This document shows, one piece after another, positions 13,931 through 25,699 of a stretch of 34,552 nt of DNA (within the stretch, counting starts at the first letter, position 1; every line of letters starts with the position of its first letter). The translations under genes were made by a program, and so were the position numbers. Source of the stretch: Paraspadella gotoi (taxonomy: Eukaryota > Animalia > Chaetognatha). The stretch covers positions 14,031,878 to 14,066,429 of the forward strand of contig CM119267.1 in NCBI GenBank assembly GCA_051294375.1, given 5' to 3'. A model generated the notes under the pieces. That model worked only from the letters and a program-made list of their open reading frames with translations, ran no database searches and was not told the DNA's origin.

Positions 13931-14070
13931 AAAAGAAAAAAAAGAAAAGAAAAGAAAAGAAAAGAAAAGAAAAGAAAAGAAAAGAAAAGAAAAGAAAAGA
14001 AAAGAAAAGAAAAGAAAAGAAAAGAAAAGAAAAGAGAAAAGAAAAGAAAAGAAAAGAAAAGAAAAGAAAA
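13931..14070 (+). repeat. (AAAAG)n microsatellite
   Basis: Seen directly. Confidence 0.95.
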
Positions 14071-14365
14071 ACAACTAAAAACAGAGAAAGAAAGGCTAAA
14101 AGCGACCAGCAGGTACGGATTCCCATTAATAAGCAGAAAGAAAAAAAACTCGGGTTGTTCCTCCGTATTTTGGACGACCGACGCGGGCGAAGGGGAGAGA
14201 GAGGGAAGGGAAGGGATGGGCGCCCCCGTTTGGCGATCATCCAGGACGGGGAAGGCGAACTTGAATTTTACGGGGAAAAACTGGAGAAGGAGAACGAGTT
14301 GATAGAGACAGAGATACTTTTTCTGTTAGGTAATCGGATTGCAGGAAACGTTCTCTATGTTTTAA

Positions 14366-15258
14366 GGGGACCCAGTGATAAAAATGATATCATAGCTTAA
14401 GGGTCTATCATCAAAGGAATTTGAATGGTGATAGTCATTAATTTTTCTTTGCACGGGAAAGTGGCAAAAAAATTCCTATCTTTATTGTAGCGGAAACAAA
14501 AAATTTAATAATTATGAAAAAAAAAATTTAGTTGACCCTACTTAAATATTTATATAATCCATTATTTATTTTTGTATTAGAAAGTATTTTTTATTAAATT
14601 CCAATTTTTTATTTTTTACTGTACCAAAGCTATAATTTTAGGTTTAAGCCTCATTGAACAAAGGCTTTACAAGACTAATATTTTTTTTATTTTTATATTT
14701 ATTTAAAAGCACGACAAATCAAACCTAAATTCTATTCTTACAGAAACCAAAACTGTAAAATTATTAATTAATATTCATATTCATCCCTTAAATGTATATT
14801 AAACTATATTGATTCCTAATTATAACAATTAAAAATTTAGCAAAAGTACAGAATCTTTCTTTTCTTTTTATATTTATATTATTTCAAAGAGTTTTATTTT
14901 CATCCAATTAACAGAATCATTTTGAAAAGAAAGTTTAAATAAAAATCAGTCGATACCCTTAAATTTTGATTCATTCCTAGTTTTTTTTCTTATAAATTTT
15001 TTGTGATAAAAGCTGAAAATCTTTTTAAAATTAGATCTTACTTACTCTTTTTTGGAAAAAAAAAATTTAAACTTGAAAAAGATTTTCTTCTTACCGATTT
15101 TTTTAAAGAAAAATTAAGCTCGCTGATTTTATCGAATTTTTTAACTACTTTCCCAAATGATTATAGAAGAAAAAATTATATGATCAGAACCAGCTTAGGT
15201 TAAAGGGTCAAACGTTATGTTTTCAGCTTTTTTAACCCCCCCTGTTCACTTGGTCCCC
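14366..15258. mobile_element. Candidate non-autonomous DNA transposon with TTAA target duplication (Kolobok-like ends), 893 bp
   Basis: Left end TTAA|GGGGACCCAGTGA, right end TCACTTGGTCCCC|TTAA: 13-bp TIR with one mismatch, TTAA at 14362-65 and 15259-62. Interior is very AT-rich, free of microsatellites and has no transposase similarity that I can see. Confidence 0.6.
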
Positions 15259-15314
15259 TTAAAGATGGAAAAAGAATGAAACGGAAAAGGACTGAAAAAA
15301 TGAAAAAAATATTA

Positions 15315-15369
<55 letters not shown>

Positions 15370-15463
15370 AAAAGAAAAAAAGAAAGAAAGAAAGAAAGAA
15401 AAAAAGAAAAAAAGAAAAAAAGAGAGAAAGAATGATAAAAAGAAAAAAATAAAGAAAAAAATA

Positions 15464-15494
<31 letters not shown>

Positions 15495-15581
15495 CAAGAT
15501 AGAAGAAAGAAAGAAAGATAAAAAGAAAAAAAGAAAGAAAGAAAGAAAGAAAAAAGAAAAAAAGAGAGAAAGAATGATAAA

Positions 15582-15636
<55 letters not shown>

Positions 15637-17227
15637 CAAGATAGAAGAAAGAAAGAAATAAAGAAAGAAAAAATGGAAAGCTGGAAACATAATCGTATTT
15701 ATCCTGCGGCGGATTTCCGGTCAAATAAATCGCGCCAAACGACGGGGCGCACCTAGCGACAAACCTCGGCCACGAGAGGAGGGAGGGTGATTGGCGCTGA
15801 GTGCGAGGGCGCTCGCTGTGTCGCAGGAGTGCGTTGCATGCGTTGCATGCGTTGCATGCATGGCACTTAACCTCGGATTTTTTTTTTCTATTTCGTATAC
15901 AGTAACTTTTTTCTTTACTCGATAAACTGGAGGGAGTGGATATCTTTAAAATAAGCGCTAAAACGTTTATATACGTACATGGCTACAAGCAAACATTGGT
16001 GACGTGGGGAAAGTCGCGCAAAACTGCAACAGAACGAATCACGAATAATAAAAAACGACTTCGTTGTGAACGAACGTATCAGGGCTCGTGTCCACAAAGG
16101 TAAGGTCGTTCGTCGTTCACGCCGTTGATGGTTAACGACTCACCCGACGGCTGCGGAAGTGAGACAACAACGCAAGTTAACGACGACGAAGTCGCCGCAG
16201 CAAAAATAAACAACCGGAATCACCATGACGACGAAAAACCGCCACGAAAAAACAATAACAATGTTTATAGTTTTTCTCTCGTTTTTCTTTCGCGCTACAT
16301 TCGATTTTTGCGGTTCGCCTTTCGTTGCCTCTGGTTTCCCTGTCGCACGTTACGTTAAGTCTGTACCGTGTACTCCTGAATGGATCGATGTAGTATGTTG
16401 CTCATTGAGCAATGCTCAATATTTTGTGCTTGTTTTACTACTGCTTTGTAATAATCAGGCCGAAGGGTTCATGATCAAGAATAATATTCACTTTTTTACC
16501 TCTACGTAATGTTTCGATGTTGATAAATTCACGCCGAAAAATCCCAGCTGTTGACGTGGATAAAAACTGTGGCAGTGAGGCAACTCAATGAAACAATTCA
16601 AACATGTCTTTTGTCTGGTCACTCGGTGTAGTATGCAGTGCGACGACGACGAAAACCGTCAATAAACGTCCCAGTCCTCTTCCATCAACCTTACCTTGGT
16701 ACATCTCCCTCACCATTTTCCGTTGAACGCGTTCAACAGCGCGTGAGAAGACCACATTTCCCCTACCCGAGACTCTTACCCGAATGACCTCACTCTTTCC
16801 TTTTTCCACTGTTATTATCGTCGCTTCACAACTCCGTTTCAGACGACAGACCTTGAAAAAAAAACTCAAGGCTGCGAATGATCCGACTTCTCTCTCTCTC
16901 TCTCTCTNNNNNNNNNNATAAGACTCCTTTACGTAAAAGACAAAAATCTTTTTAAAACCGTTTATAAATACTGTCCAAACCAAAGATTAATTTGTCGTCT
17001 GTCACAAACGGAAAGTATCGAAGATTACAAAATAATAATCCTATGAAACGAATTCAAGAAGAATTTTGATTGAAGGATCTCAAATTCTCAAGGACAAGAT
17101 TAGCGAGAGAAAAATATCCAAGCATCAAGGGAAAAGAAGAAGAGAGTTAAAGACTGACAAAGAAGACTGAGAAAGAGAGAGGAAAATGAAAAAGGAATTA
17201 CATGAACGCAACAAAGGAACCTCTCTC

Positions 17228-17259
<32 letters not shown>

Positions 17260-18298
17260 NNNNNNNNNNTCTTGAGTCAGAATTTTCGGCTCAGTTTATC
17301 TCCCTCCCTCTCTTTCTTTTTTCCCCTCCATTCTTATGACGCGTTTTTCCAAGTTGTTCATAAAGCCACTGTTATGTTCATGGCCGTTCTTGAGACGTCC
17401 TTTAAAGTTTACCGTTTCTCTCTTTTTATTTTTTTCAGCTTTTCTTTCTTTTCGGTCGTAAACGTTTTTTTTCGAATTTCCGCGCGGACTGCGTCGCTTT
17501 GTTCCAGAATACGTTTCGCTCTACCCCCCCCCAAAAACAAAACAACCGAAGACAGAAAATATGGAAATTATAATTCTTTCTTCTCGAAACAAATGACAGC
17601 GTTTCGTGACGGGAATGATAGAGAAAAGGTAAACCGGGTCCTCGAACTCGGACCTTTAGGTCGAAGCGGGCTGACCGAAACGACGAACCAAACAGACGTC
17701 GTGCGTGGACGAACGAAACGCAGGAAAAAATGTAAAAAAAAAAAAAAAAAAAAACCGGTTAAAGTCTTAAAAAGCGCAATTGGTCGAGTCAGGTTCAAAT
17801 TCCTCTCCCGTAGAGTTGATAAATTCCGTGTTCGTCACGCCGCCCCCCCACCTCAGCGGCAGCCAATTACTAACCTCCCCCCCCCACCTCCACCATCGCC
17901 CCCTCCAACTCATTACCATGTAAACGCGACTTTCGTCTCAGTCTGAGCCGCCACCATTCCCGGTTTTTCAGAACCGATGCGAGTAATACGGCGGAGCAAC
18001 TCGGGGAAATCGCTTTTCAGTCGGTGCGTCGATCTGTCATTTTAGATTTTAGATTTTAGATATTACTTAGTATACGTAATGCATATTACGTATGATATTC
18101 CATAACGCAATTTGTTCTTACATCATCATGTAATCCTTGAAAAACCCGCTTACTCGAACAGAAAAACATTGCTTCAAAATATTTAGTTTTGCTAAAGATA
18201 ATACTTGCTATATAAGTAACTTATGTTATATAGGAAACTAGTTATTTATATGTTTTATATTTATTATCATATGAAAATTTAATTATATAAACATAATA

Positions 18299-18552
18299 TA
18301 TGAAATTGGTACAACCAATATAAAAATTATCCATCCATTTAATAAATAAGCTATCTTGTCCCTGACTTTGGACAGGCTTTGGTGGTTTTAGGCCTCCATC
18401 ACACTTGCAAGATAATAACATAACAGGTTTCTGCAAGCTTTTAATCAAGTCTCTCTCACAGACTTGTTTATTCACTCCCAGTGAACCTGGCTTCCCTATC
18501 AATGAAGTGGTATAATATTTCAAAGAATGTTTCAATTGTATGAAATTGTACA
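18299..18552 (-). repeat. Dispersed repeat family A, copy 2 (next to the Tc1 element)
   Basis: Inverted homologue of 6321-6527. Begins and ends with TATGAAATTG(G)TACA. Confidence 0.88.
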
Positions 18553-18559
18553 TATAATA

Positions 18560-19449
18560 CAGATCTGGTCAAAAAAAGTTTAAACTTTGAACCCCCTACT
18601 ATCTCGCTTGTCTGTCGTCTTATTAATTAAAACTTGGGTTCATTTGATAGCCAAGACAAGTTATTTAGGCTAAATATTATAAAAGCTGTGCTAAAATTAA
18701 AAAAGGATCGGAATTTTGTCTTACAATATTTTTTTTGGTAAATTTTTTTTTTTTTTTTTTTGTATTTTTTTACCATATAAACTTTAAAACAGCTAAACCA
18801 CAAAAAAGAAAGCTGCAATTGTTGAGCTTTGGAAGGTGGTTTTGTCAAGATATTGGATCGCCAAACAGTTTTATTTCTCTCCTACAGCTATCTGCAGAGT
18901 TGTCAACAAATTTGAAAAAACTGGAGACCTTGGACCATGGAGAGCAAGGACATTTACCAAGAAAGTCTCGCAATTCAAAACCATAAGGCTTCTGCAAACC
19001 AGTTAAGAAAAAAATGGGGAGAAAATGAATTGTCACCAGTCATTCAACAGTGAATGGGCGGCTTTTCATGGAAGAGAGAGCTCCTGGATACAAAGATAAA
19101 GCCACCCAAAAATTTTATGAGGAAAAGGGGATCGAGGTGCTGCAAGGTTGGCCCGGAAACTCGCCTGACTGCAACATCATCGAAGATGTCTGGTCAAGGA
19201 TGAAAAAGGACATTTTGCAGTACAACGCTATGACAGTCAACAAAATAAAAAAAATTTAAAACACATTTGGGGGAGCTGAACCCTTAATATTTGCCCAGCC
19301 TCTATGACTCTCTCCTTTGTCTTATGGAAGCGGTGCTAGAATCAAATGGTAGTCCGATAATAATTGAGTCCTAAAAATTATTATTTTCATTCAAATAACA
19401 AAATAAAATGCTTTTATCATAACTTTTTAAGTTTTTTTGACCAGATCTG
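18560..19449 (+). mobile_element. Tc1/mariner superfamily (Tc1-like) DNA transposon, internally deleted and defective, 890 bp
   Basis: Perfect 18-bp TIRs CAGATCTGGTCAAAAAAA (18560-18577; reverse complement at 19432-19449), extending to 23/25 matches. TA on both sides (18558-59, 19450-51). Transposase remnants inside. Confidence 0.93.
18797..19366 (+). pseudogene. Fragmented Tc1-like transposase
   Basis: N-terminal paired-type HTH KKAAIVELWKVVLSRYWIAKQFYFSPTAICRVVNKFEKTGD (frame from 18797). Catalytic tail FMEERAPGY...WPGNSPDCNIIEDVWSRMK (ORF 19050-19259) matches the Tc1 pattern FxQDNAPxH...WPxxSPDLNPIE. C-terminal YLPSLYDSLLCLMEAVLESNGSP. Stops and frameshifts present; the segment with the first catalytic Asp appears deleted near 19020. 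Confidence 0.9.
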
Positions 19450-19965
19450 TATATAACATTAATGAATTACCTCTTCTCTTTTTTCTTACTCTTTTCTATA
19501 ATAAGAGCTGGCTTGTAGCTATATCACGCTTGGAAAAATGTCTCGTTTGTCGGTCGGTCCGTCGCGTCGGGGAAATGCGAATAAAACGAAGCCTCGGCGG
19601 AAGTCGATGTCGCGAGGGGCGAACGGCGTCATTAATCAAACATAACCTCACCTCGCTCGTTTCGCGTCAAACATTTTAACCCAGAGCACCCACCCGAACC
19701 CTTCGCCGCGAAATCTCCCACCGCGAGTTGGAAACCTCTAAGCCAACCTCATTCCTCACCCCTTCAATTGGACTCGCTCTCCCTTTTTTGTCGATCCTTC
19801 ATGTACTCTGGTAAGACCTCCCGCCAAACATCACCACGCCTCTCTGGTTTAGACTTAGCCTTATACCCCACTATGCCGAGCCATCGCCGGAGGTCAACTA
19901 CCTTGCTGTTGAAAGGAACGAAATCCAGAAATCGGGGACAGGAAATGTTATGCTGGAGAGAGAGG

Positions 19966-19996
<31 letters not shown>

Positions 19997-20024
19997 AGAA
20001 AGAAGAAAGGAGAAAGAAAGAAAG

Positions 20025-20083
<59 letters not shown>

Positions 20084-20335
20084 GAAGAAAGAAAAAAAGA
20101 AAGAAAGAAAGAAAAAAGAAAGAAAAAAAGGGACCAATGGATTCAAATTCGAACGGCTACACTGATGGAGAGAAATCCTAAATCGAAAGTCGGAGAAAAG
20201 GGGGAAAACGGCTTAGGAAAATGGAAAGAAAGAAAGAAAAAAAGAGAAAGACTGTAGCAGAGCTTGTGTTGGCGTCAGGGCAAACGAGGCCATCGGAATT
20301 AAATATTTCCGTCATGCGAATTCTCCGGGGGACAC

Positions 20336-20338
<3 letters not shown>

Positions 20339-20431
<93 letters not shown>
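20339..20431 (+). repeat. (GA)n microsatellite, one of many (GA)/(CT) tracts
   Basis: Seen directly; others near 1360, 5795, 7090, 8625, 11510, 11865, 25035, 27960, 30920 and 31185. Confidence 0.95.
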
Positions 20432-20433
<2 letters not shown>

Positions 20434-20811
20434 AGTTCGAATCACTTTGATTCGAACTGTAAATTTATTGCCCCTAAATGGAAAGATTTATTTCTTATTT
20501 AACTCTCGGGTCTCATTCGATCATAAGCGCTCTCTTGCCCTCTGTCGGTCCGTCTGTCAGTCTGTCTGTCTGTAGATCCGTCTGGCCGCGTTTCGGTCGC
20601 TCTTGTCTTTCAGACTTTTCTTTTTTGATTTTTCACTTAACCTTCCCGCAGAAATAGAGAGAAACAGAGAGAGAGAGAGAGAGAGAGAGAATCAGAGATA
20701 TAGAGTGAAAAAAAATGTGGAGAGAGAGAGAGACAAAGAGAGAGACAGAGAGAGACTGAGATTCTCCTTTCCCATTTGCTGATGGGGAAGATCTTTACGT
20801 GTGCGGAGTCC

Positions 20812-20988
20812 TTATGTTTGAGCCTCGTCTTGATCCGTCTGGGAATCGGAGGAATCCCAGCAGCCGTCCTCCCGCTCAAGGCGGCGCTGCCGCTGCTCTC
20901 GCCCGGCGCTCTTGCCCTCCGCTCGGTGTGCGGCGTCGTCCTGGGACGCCGCCCGACGCCGCGGAGAGAATTGTGGGTCCAAAAGAAT
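20812..20988 (-). CDS. Candidate terminal coding exon of an unidentified gene (58 aa plus TAA)
   Basis: Acceptor tttttcccag. Phase 0 reading ILLDPQFSPRRRAASQDDAAHRAEGKSAGREQRQRRLEREDGCWDSSDSQTDQDEAQT*. GC-rich island; phase matches the upstream microexon. Confidence 0.6.
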   Translation of the reverse strand: MLLDPQFSPRRRAASQDDAAHRAEGKSAGREQRQRRLEREDGCWDSSDSQTDQDEAQT

Positions 20989-21698
20989 CTGGGAAAAACG
21001 GTTTCGAAATTTTTTTTTCTGTTTGAAAGTTTTGACTTCTAGATATAAATTTATAATAGGAAATCTTCGAAAACTATGTTGAGTGGAGAATGGAAGCGGT
21101 TTTTATAATTTTTGTACATGCGTATATTAACATAATTTTGATTCAAACATTAAAAGCTAGATAAAAGCATTAGCGTCTACTCACCTTATTTCAAAACTTT
21201 CCTAGTCATCTAAAATTTTAAAATAGAACAATGCTATTTAAAGATATTCTTTATTAACCCAAAAAGAAAACTTGGTGACTCGCATCGAGGCAAAGCTGCA
21301 GACCAACATTTTCCGAGTCTACTTGTCAAATTTTTCGAAGAGCGAGATAATCATTCAAAATATCCTCGGAGAAGCACAATGTATGTAAAAGTTGCTTTTC
21401 AAATAATTCTTCTCATTCTAAGCACCAAAAAAAAGATCTCGTCAGTAAGATCGGGTTTAATTTTCTTATTACTTACTTTTTTTTATCTCCACTATCCACT
21501 ATCCACTATCACACACTTTCATCCCTGCTCTCAAATTCTCTTCTCCCCTTTTCCTTACTTTTCACTTTGTTTCCCTTTTTTTTTCCTTTTCTCCCTTTCC
21601 ATCGACTCCTTTTCCTTTCCTTCTTCTTTTCCGAAAATTCGTAATTTAGGAAATTGAAAGCGAAGGAATTCTTCGAAGCGCGAGTAGGGGTCGCTCAC

Positions 21699-21726
21699 CC
21701 CGTTGGCGCCGATGGAATCGGGGCGC
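21699..21726 (-). CDS. Candidate 28-nt microexon (RPDSIGANG)
   Basis: Acceptor ccttctcatttccacag, donor GGG|gtgagc. Phase 2 to 0, compatible with both neighbouring exons. Confidence 0.6.
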
Positions 21727-22176
21727 CTGTGGAAATGAGAAGGCAATGGCGCCGATGGAAATCGTGAATCATGGAATTGAATCACTGATGGAATCGAGAC
21801 AAGTTTTCGAAAAAAATTGAGAAATTGTGGTTGCATCCCTCAGCAATGGAATGGGGCTACGATAATACGGTAATGATTGAAATCTGAAATGTGGTGAAGT
21901 TGATGAGATGACGAACGGAATCAGGTTTCCTATCGATCTGTAACCAATTGGTGAAGTGTAAAACGAGGAAATCGAAAAAGNNNNNNNNNNACCTATATAT
22001 ATTTTACTTCGTCCTAATAAACCTCTTTCGTTTTTCCTTCTTTACTCCCAACGATTTTTGACAGATGAAGATCGACGTTTCTCATCTTCGACTTCATCCT
22101 TAATCCTCATCACGTCCCTCCCCCCCATCCCCAACTCCCCCAAATCTCACCAGATCTTGTTTTAACTGCGGCTCAC

Positions 22177-22316
22177 ATCAAATAATCATTTCCCATCTCC
22201 GCTTTTATAAGTCTCGTAGTAGCGCTCGTCGGTTCCGGCCGAGAAGTCGGGCCCGGTTGCCGGAGGCCCGGGTGCGGCCGGATAAGGGGGGGGAGCCGGG
22301 GGGGGGGGGGTCTCGA
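22177..22316 (-). CDS. Candidate 140-nt proline-rich internal exon
   Basis: Acceptor tttgtttcgtgcag, donor AT|gtgagc. Open in phase 0 to 2: SRPPPPRLPPLIRPHPGLRQPGPTSRPEPTSATTRLIKAEMGNDYL(M). The frame crosses G13 and G8 homopolymers, whose lengths may be wrong. Confidence 0.58.
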
Positions 22317-24194
22317 CTGCACGAAACAAATGGCAGTTTTTGCTTTAAGATTAGACTAAAATTTGACACCTTCCTCAAAATGACCCATTCTTAATAACGT
22401 ATCAACTAATGAAAGAACTTGAAGTGTCCATGCATCGTAGTAACACGGGCTAAAAATTGCCATGGCAACGGATCCTTAGAAAAATCGCTCAAATGGGAAA
22501 TCGTTTTTTATGCATCTGATCTTCAAAAAACAGAAATTTGGAACAAAATACATTGAGCTTCCTTTCGCTCCCCTCCGACCAGAAAAAAATACGAAGAAAA
22601 TTCCATAGACTTGGGCCGCCTCGAAACGGTTTTTCATGGTCGCGTAACTTTTCTTCCCGCAGCTCGAACCGCCGAGCGGAATGACGCGACCATAACCACC
22701 ATCTTTTTTTTTTCTTCTTTAGACTCTAACTTACTTTTTCTCTCTTTTCCTTACTTTATTATGTACGGCCTTTAAAAACTCCCCAAAATCCGCCTTGGGA
22801 GAATATATCGCAAAGGATTTAACGATCCACAGCAAACAACCGCCGAACAGGCGACGAATATTTTTTTTCTTGGTTTTTTGTTTGTCTAGTAATACTTTCC
22901 GCTCCAACGGCGTGGGAGTTTTCATTGTCGGAGATACCCTAAATGCCCGACCTCTTAAGTAATTCAATGCTACCAAACCATTAGGCCGCAACTCTCTGGC
23001 CTCGTTAACAACCTCCATCGTCCCGATTTTCAATCTTCATCTTAAATCTCCTTCCTAAGCCCAACGCGCCTCTCTCTTTTTCTCACCCTCCTGTCATCTG
23101 TCTCCCAACTTTTTAGCCTCTATCTCATCTCACCATTCATTTTTTTCTTCCTTTTTTTTCCTTTTTGTTTTCGCCCCCTTTTCTTCTCTTGTCCCGCTAG
23201 CTTTTTTTTTTCTCTCTTTCCACTTTGTCGGGGGCTATGTGTGTCGTGGGCGAAGAGCCATGTCGCCCTTTGTAAATTGAATTTCGCTCAATGAAGATAG
23301 AGAGGATGACTCCCGTCCAAGAAATTTCAATGGAAAACGATGACGATAACATAATAAAAATTATTGTCGTCATCTCTGTCGTCGAATCCGCGGCGCTGTA
23401 AGTTTTTAATGTAGTATCCATCGACGAAGGAGAAAAAGAAAAATCCATAAAATAGTTCTCTCACGCTTGCACGTCGTCTTCTCAAAGAAATGCAGGGGGC
23501 CGACGACTACTGATTGTTGTCACTTTTTGTTCATTTGCTCTCCCTCTCTCTCTCTCCTCCATCTCATCTCCGTCCTCTCTCTCTGTTCCTCGTCTCTCTC
23601 TCTCTGTCTCTCTCTCTCTCTCTCCATTCGATGGGGTGAGAGTGATGCTGATGCAGGCGTGAGGCATTGGAGTCTCTCGTCGTGTGGCGCCTGGTAGTCG
23701 GCGGGCCCGCATCGCTCAGCCGCGAGGAGCGGAATCGGAGGTCGACGGTTGGCGGCCACATACCAAAAATAAATATTTGGGAATTTTACGGACGAAAAAT
23801 CCTGATCTATTTTTTTTTCTTTCTTTTTCTTTTTTTTTTCGTTTGGGGGGGGGAATAGATAGGGAGGAGGCGGGCATGTATTAACTTTTAAAGCCGTGCC
23901 GTTGTGAGGTTTTACTTTCACGTTACTCGAACGTGAATTTCGACGTCGGCCGCCCCATTAAAAAAACTCGGTTGCGGGGAAATGCTCACATTAATAAATG
24001 TTACAAAGTTAAAAAAGTATTAAAATGATCTACGTCGTTATTGTCACACAATCGCCTAATTATGTATTTTTCTGTGTTGTTTTTTTTTTTTAGAACCTTC
24101 TCCTAGTCGTTTTTAAACTTCGGGGAAAATCTTTGGGTTTTTTTATTCGACACAGTCGTTCTCATCGTCGTCGTACCGATGTTTTTCTGTTTTC

Positions 24195-24240
<46 letters not shown>

Positions 24241-24252
24241 TTCTCATCCCAC

Positions 24253-24358
24253 GTGACTGTCGATTCCTTCGTTTCTCCCTCGCGATGTCATCATCGACGC
24301 CAAAGGACGAAACAGAGGTGGCGCTGGCGACTCTAGTGGCGGCAGAAGCGTTTCTCGC
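24253..24358 (-). CDS. Candidate 106-nt internal exon
   Basis: Acceptor tttaacacag, weak donor CAC|gtggga. Phase 2 to 0: RETLLPPLESPAPPLFRPLASMMTSRGRNEGIDSH. Confidence 0.42.
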
Positions 24359-25059
24359 CTGTGTTAAATCGTCGATGGCGTTGATGGCGTCGTTGACGCA
24401 GCTGGCGTTGGTGGAGAAGTTGGCGTAGAGGGCGTTGATTGTATCGTTAACTTTATTTGGTTTGATTAAAACACCAATTCCGTATATATGAGTTTTAAAT
24501 TCAACTTTTGAATTTTCTCCGGATTCGAGTTTGGAAATGGAAAAGATCTCCGTCACGCCCACGAATTAACTTCGGGCCAACGTCCTCACTGGATGAAGCC
24601 CTTTTTCCATTCCATTTCCCATTTTCACAAAGTTTTCCACTTTTTTAATAGGAAGTATATTTTCGTCTTTGATCCAAGATGATCTATTTATTAAGTGTAA
24701 GATTTCGATTTTCCATTCCTAACTACGAAGTAAACTACGGTTCCAACCTTCCCCCCACATTCGTCAACTTCAAATGCATACGTTTATTCATGAAATCCAC
24801 ACGAATCCGATCCGCCATTATTGATGCATCAAACGTCGTTTTGAGATTGAGAAGAGGGGCAATTGGCAATGCCTCTTCAAAAGTGGGCGGGGCCTCACGC
24901 TTCTCAACTTCCGGTCGCAACGCGCAAGGGTCGATCTCGTTATTAAAAGTAACGAGAGACACAACAGTCGCTCTCCAATCCCTGACACAACATTTACACC
25001 CGCTCCCCATCTCCCTTCAATCTGCCTTTCTCTACTCTCTCTCTCTCTCTCTCTTCTCG

Positions 25060-25112
<53 letters not shown>

Positions 25113-25699
25113 AATTCGATAGGAAATATGTTTTTTCTCGTTTGCGCAGATAGTACTAGTGGTAGCGTTGGGGTAAGGACTTTGTGGGTAGGGTAAGGTT
25201 CGCTCGGGTTAAAGTATGGAATGTGGACTTTGAAGTGTTTACTTGATTCGATACAAATCTAACTGCGGACCAAGTAGCAGTTGTCAATAGAATAAAATTA
25301 AATTAAAAGTAGGTATATTACCGATTGCAAACGAAATGGTTAATATTGAGGAGGCCAATAATTAAGATTAAGGAGACTCCTTAGGAGTCAATTTTTTTTT
25401 TTTTTTTAGAAATAGTGAAGGAATGAAAAGAGAGTTTATGTGAAGAGCAAATGGTGAGACGCGACGAGTGTGAAGAATCAAACTTCGATGAAGACTGAAG
25501 AGGAAAAAAAAGGAAAGAGGAATAGAGTCGTCGGCCTCGTGGCTCAAAATCACTTCCGCCCACGCGCCTGTTTTTTTTTTTTTTCTCTCTTAATTTTTTT
25601 TCTCGTTCCTGTTGTTTTTTTTCTCTCTCTCTCTGTTTTCTTTTTTTTCTCATCATTCTGAGTTCCGGCTTCGTCCCGCGGTTCATGCACGCGTCTTAC

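Noticed and set aside
15250-15260. TTGGTCCCCTT resembles the start of miR-133
   Set aside because: The match stops after 11 nt, there is no precursor hairpin, and it is explained by the TIR plus TTAA.
18299-18552. TATGAAATTG(G)TACA direct repeats as a retroposon target-site duplication
   Set aside because: The same motif ends the copy at 6515-6527 and occurs at 5069-5095, so it belongs to the element.
24371-24439. 23 consecutive C-ending codons on the minus strand (INALYANFSTNASCVNDAINAID)
   Set aside because: Equally explained by a decayed GNN trinucleotide repeat. It has no clear acceptor, lies upstream of the 24358 acceptor, and its frame runs into poly-Arg.
24735-25010. Minus-strand ORF containing EAPPTFEEALP
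   Set aside because: No convincing splice sites, and the motif coincides with a GGGCGGGG box; not supportable as coding.
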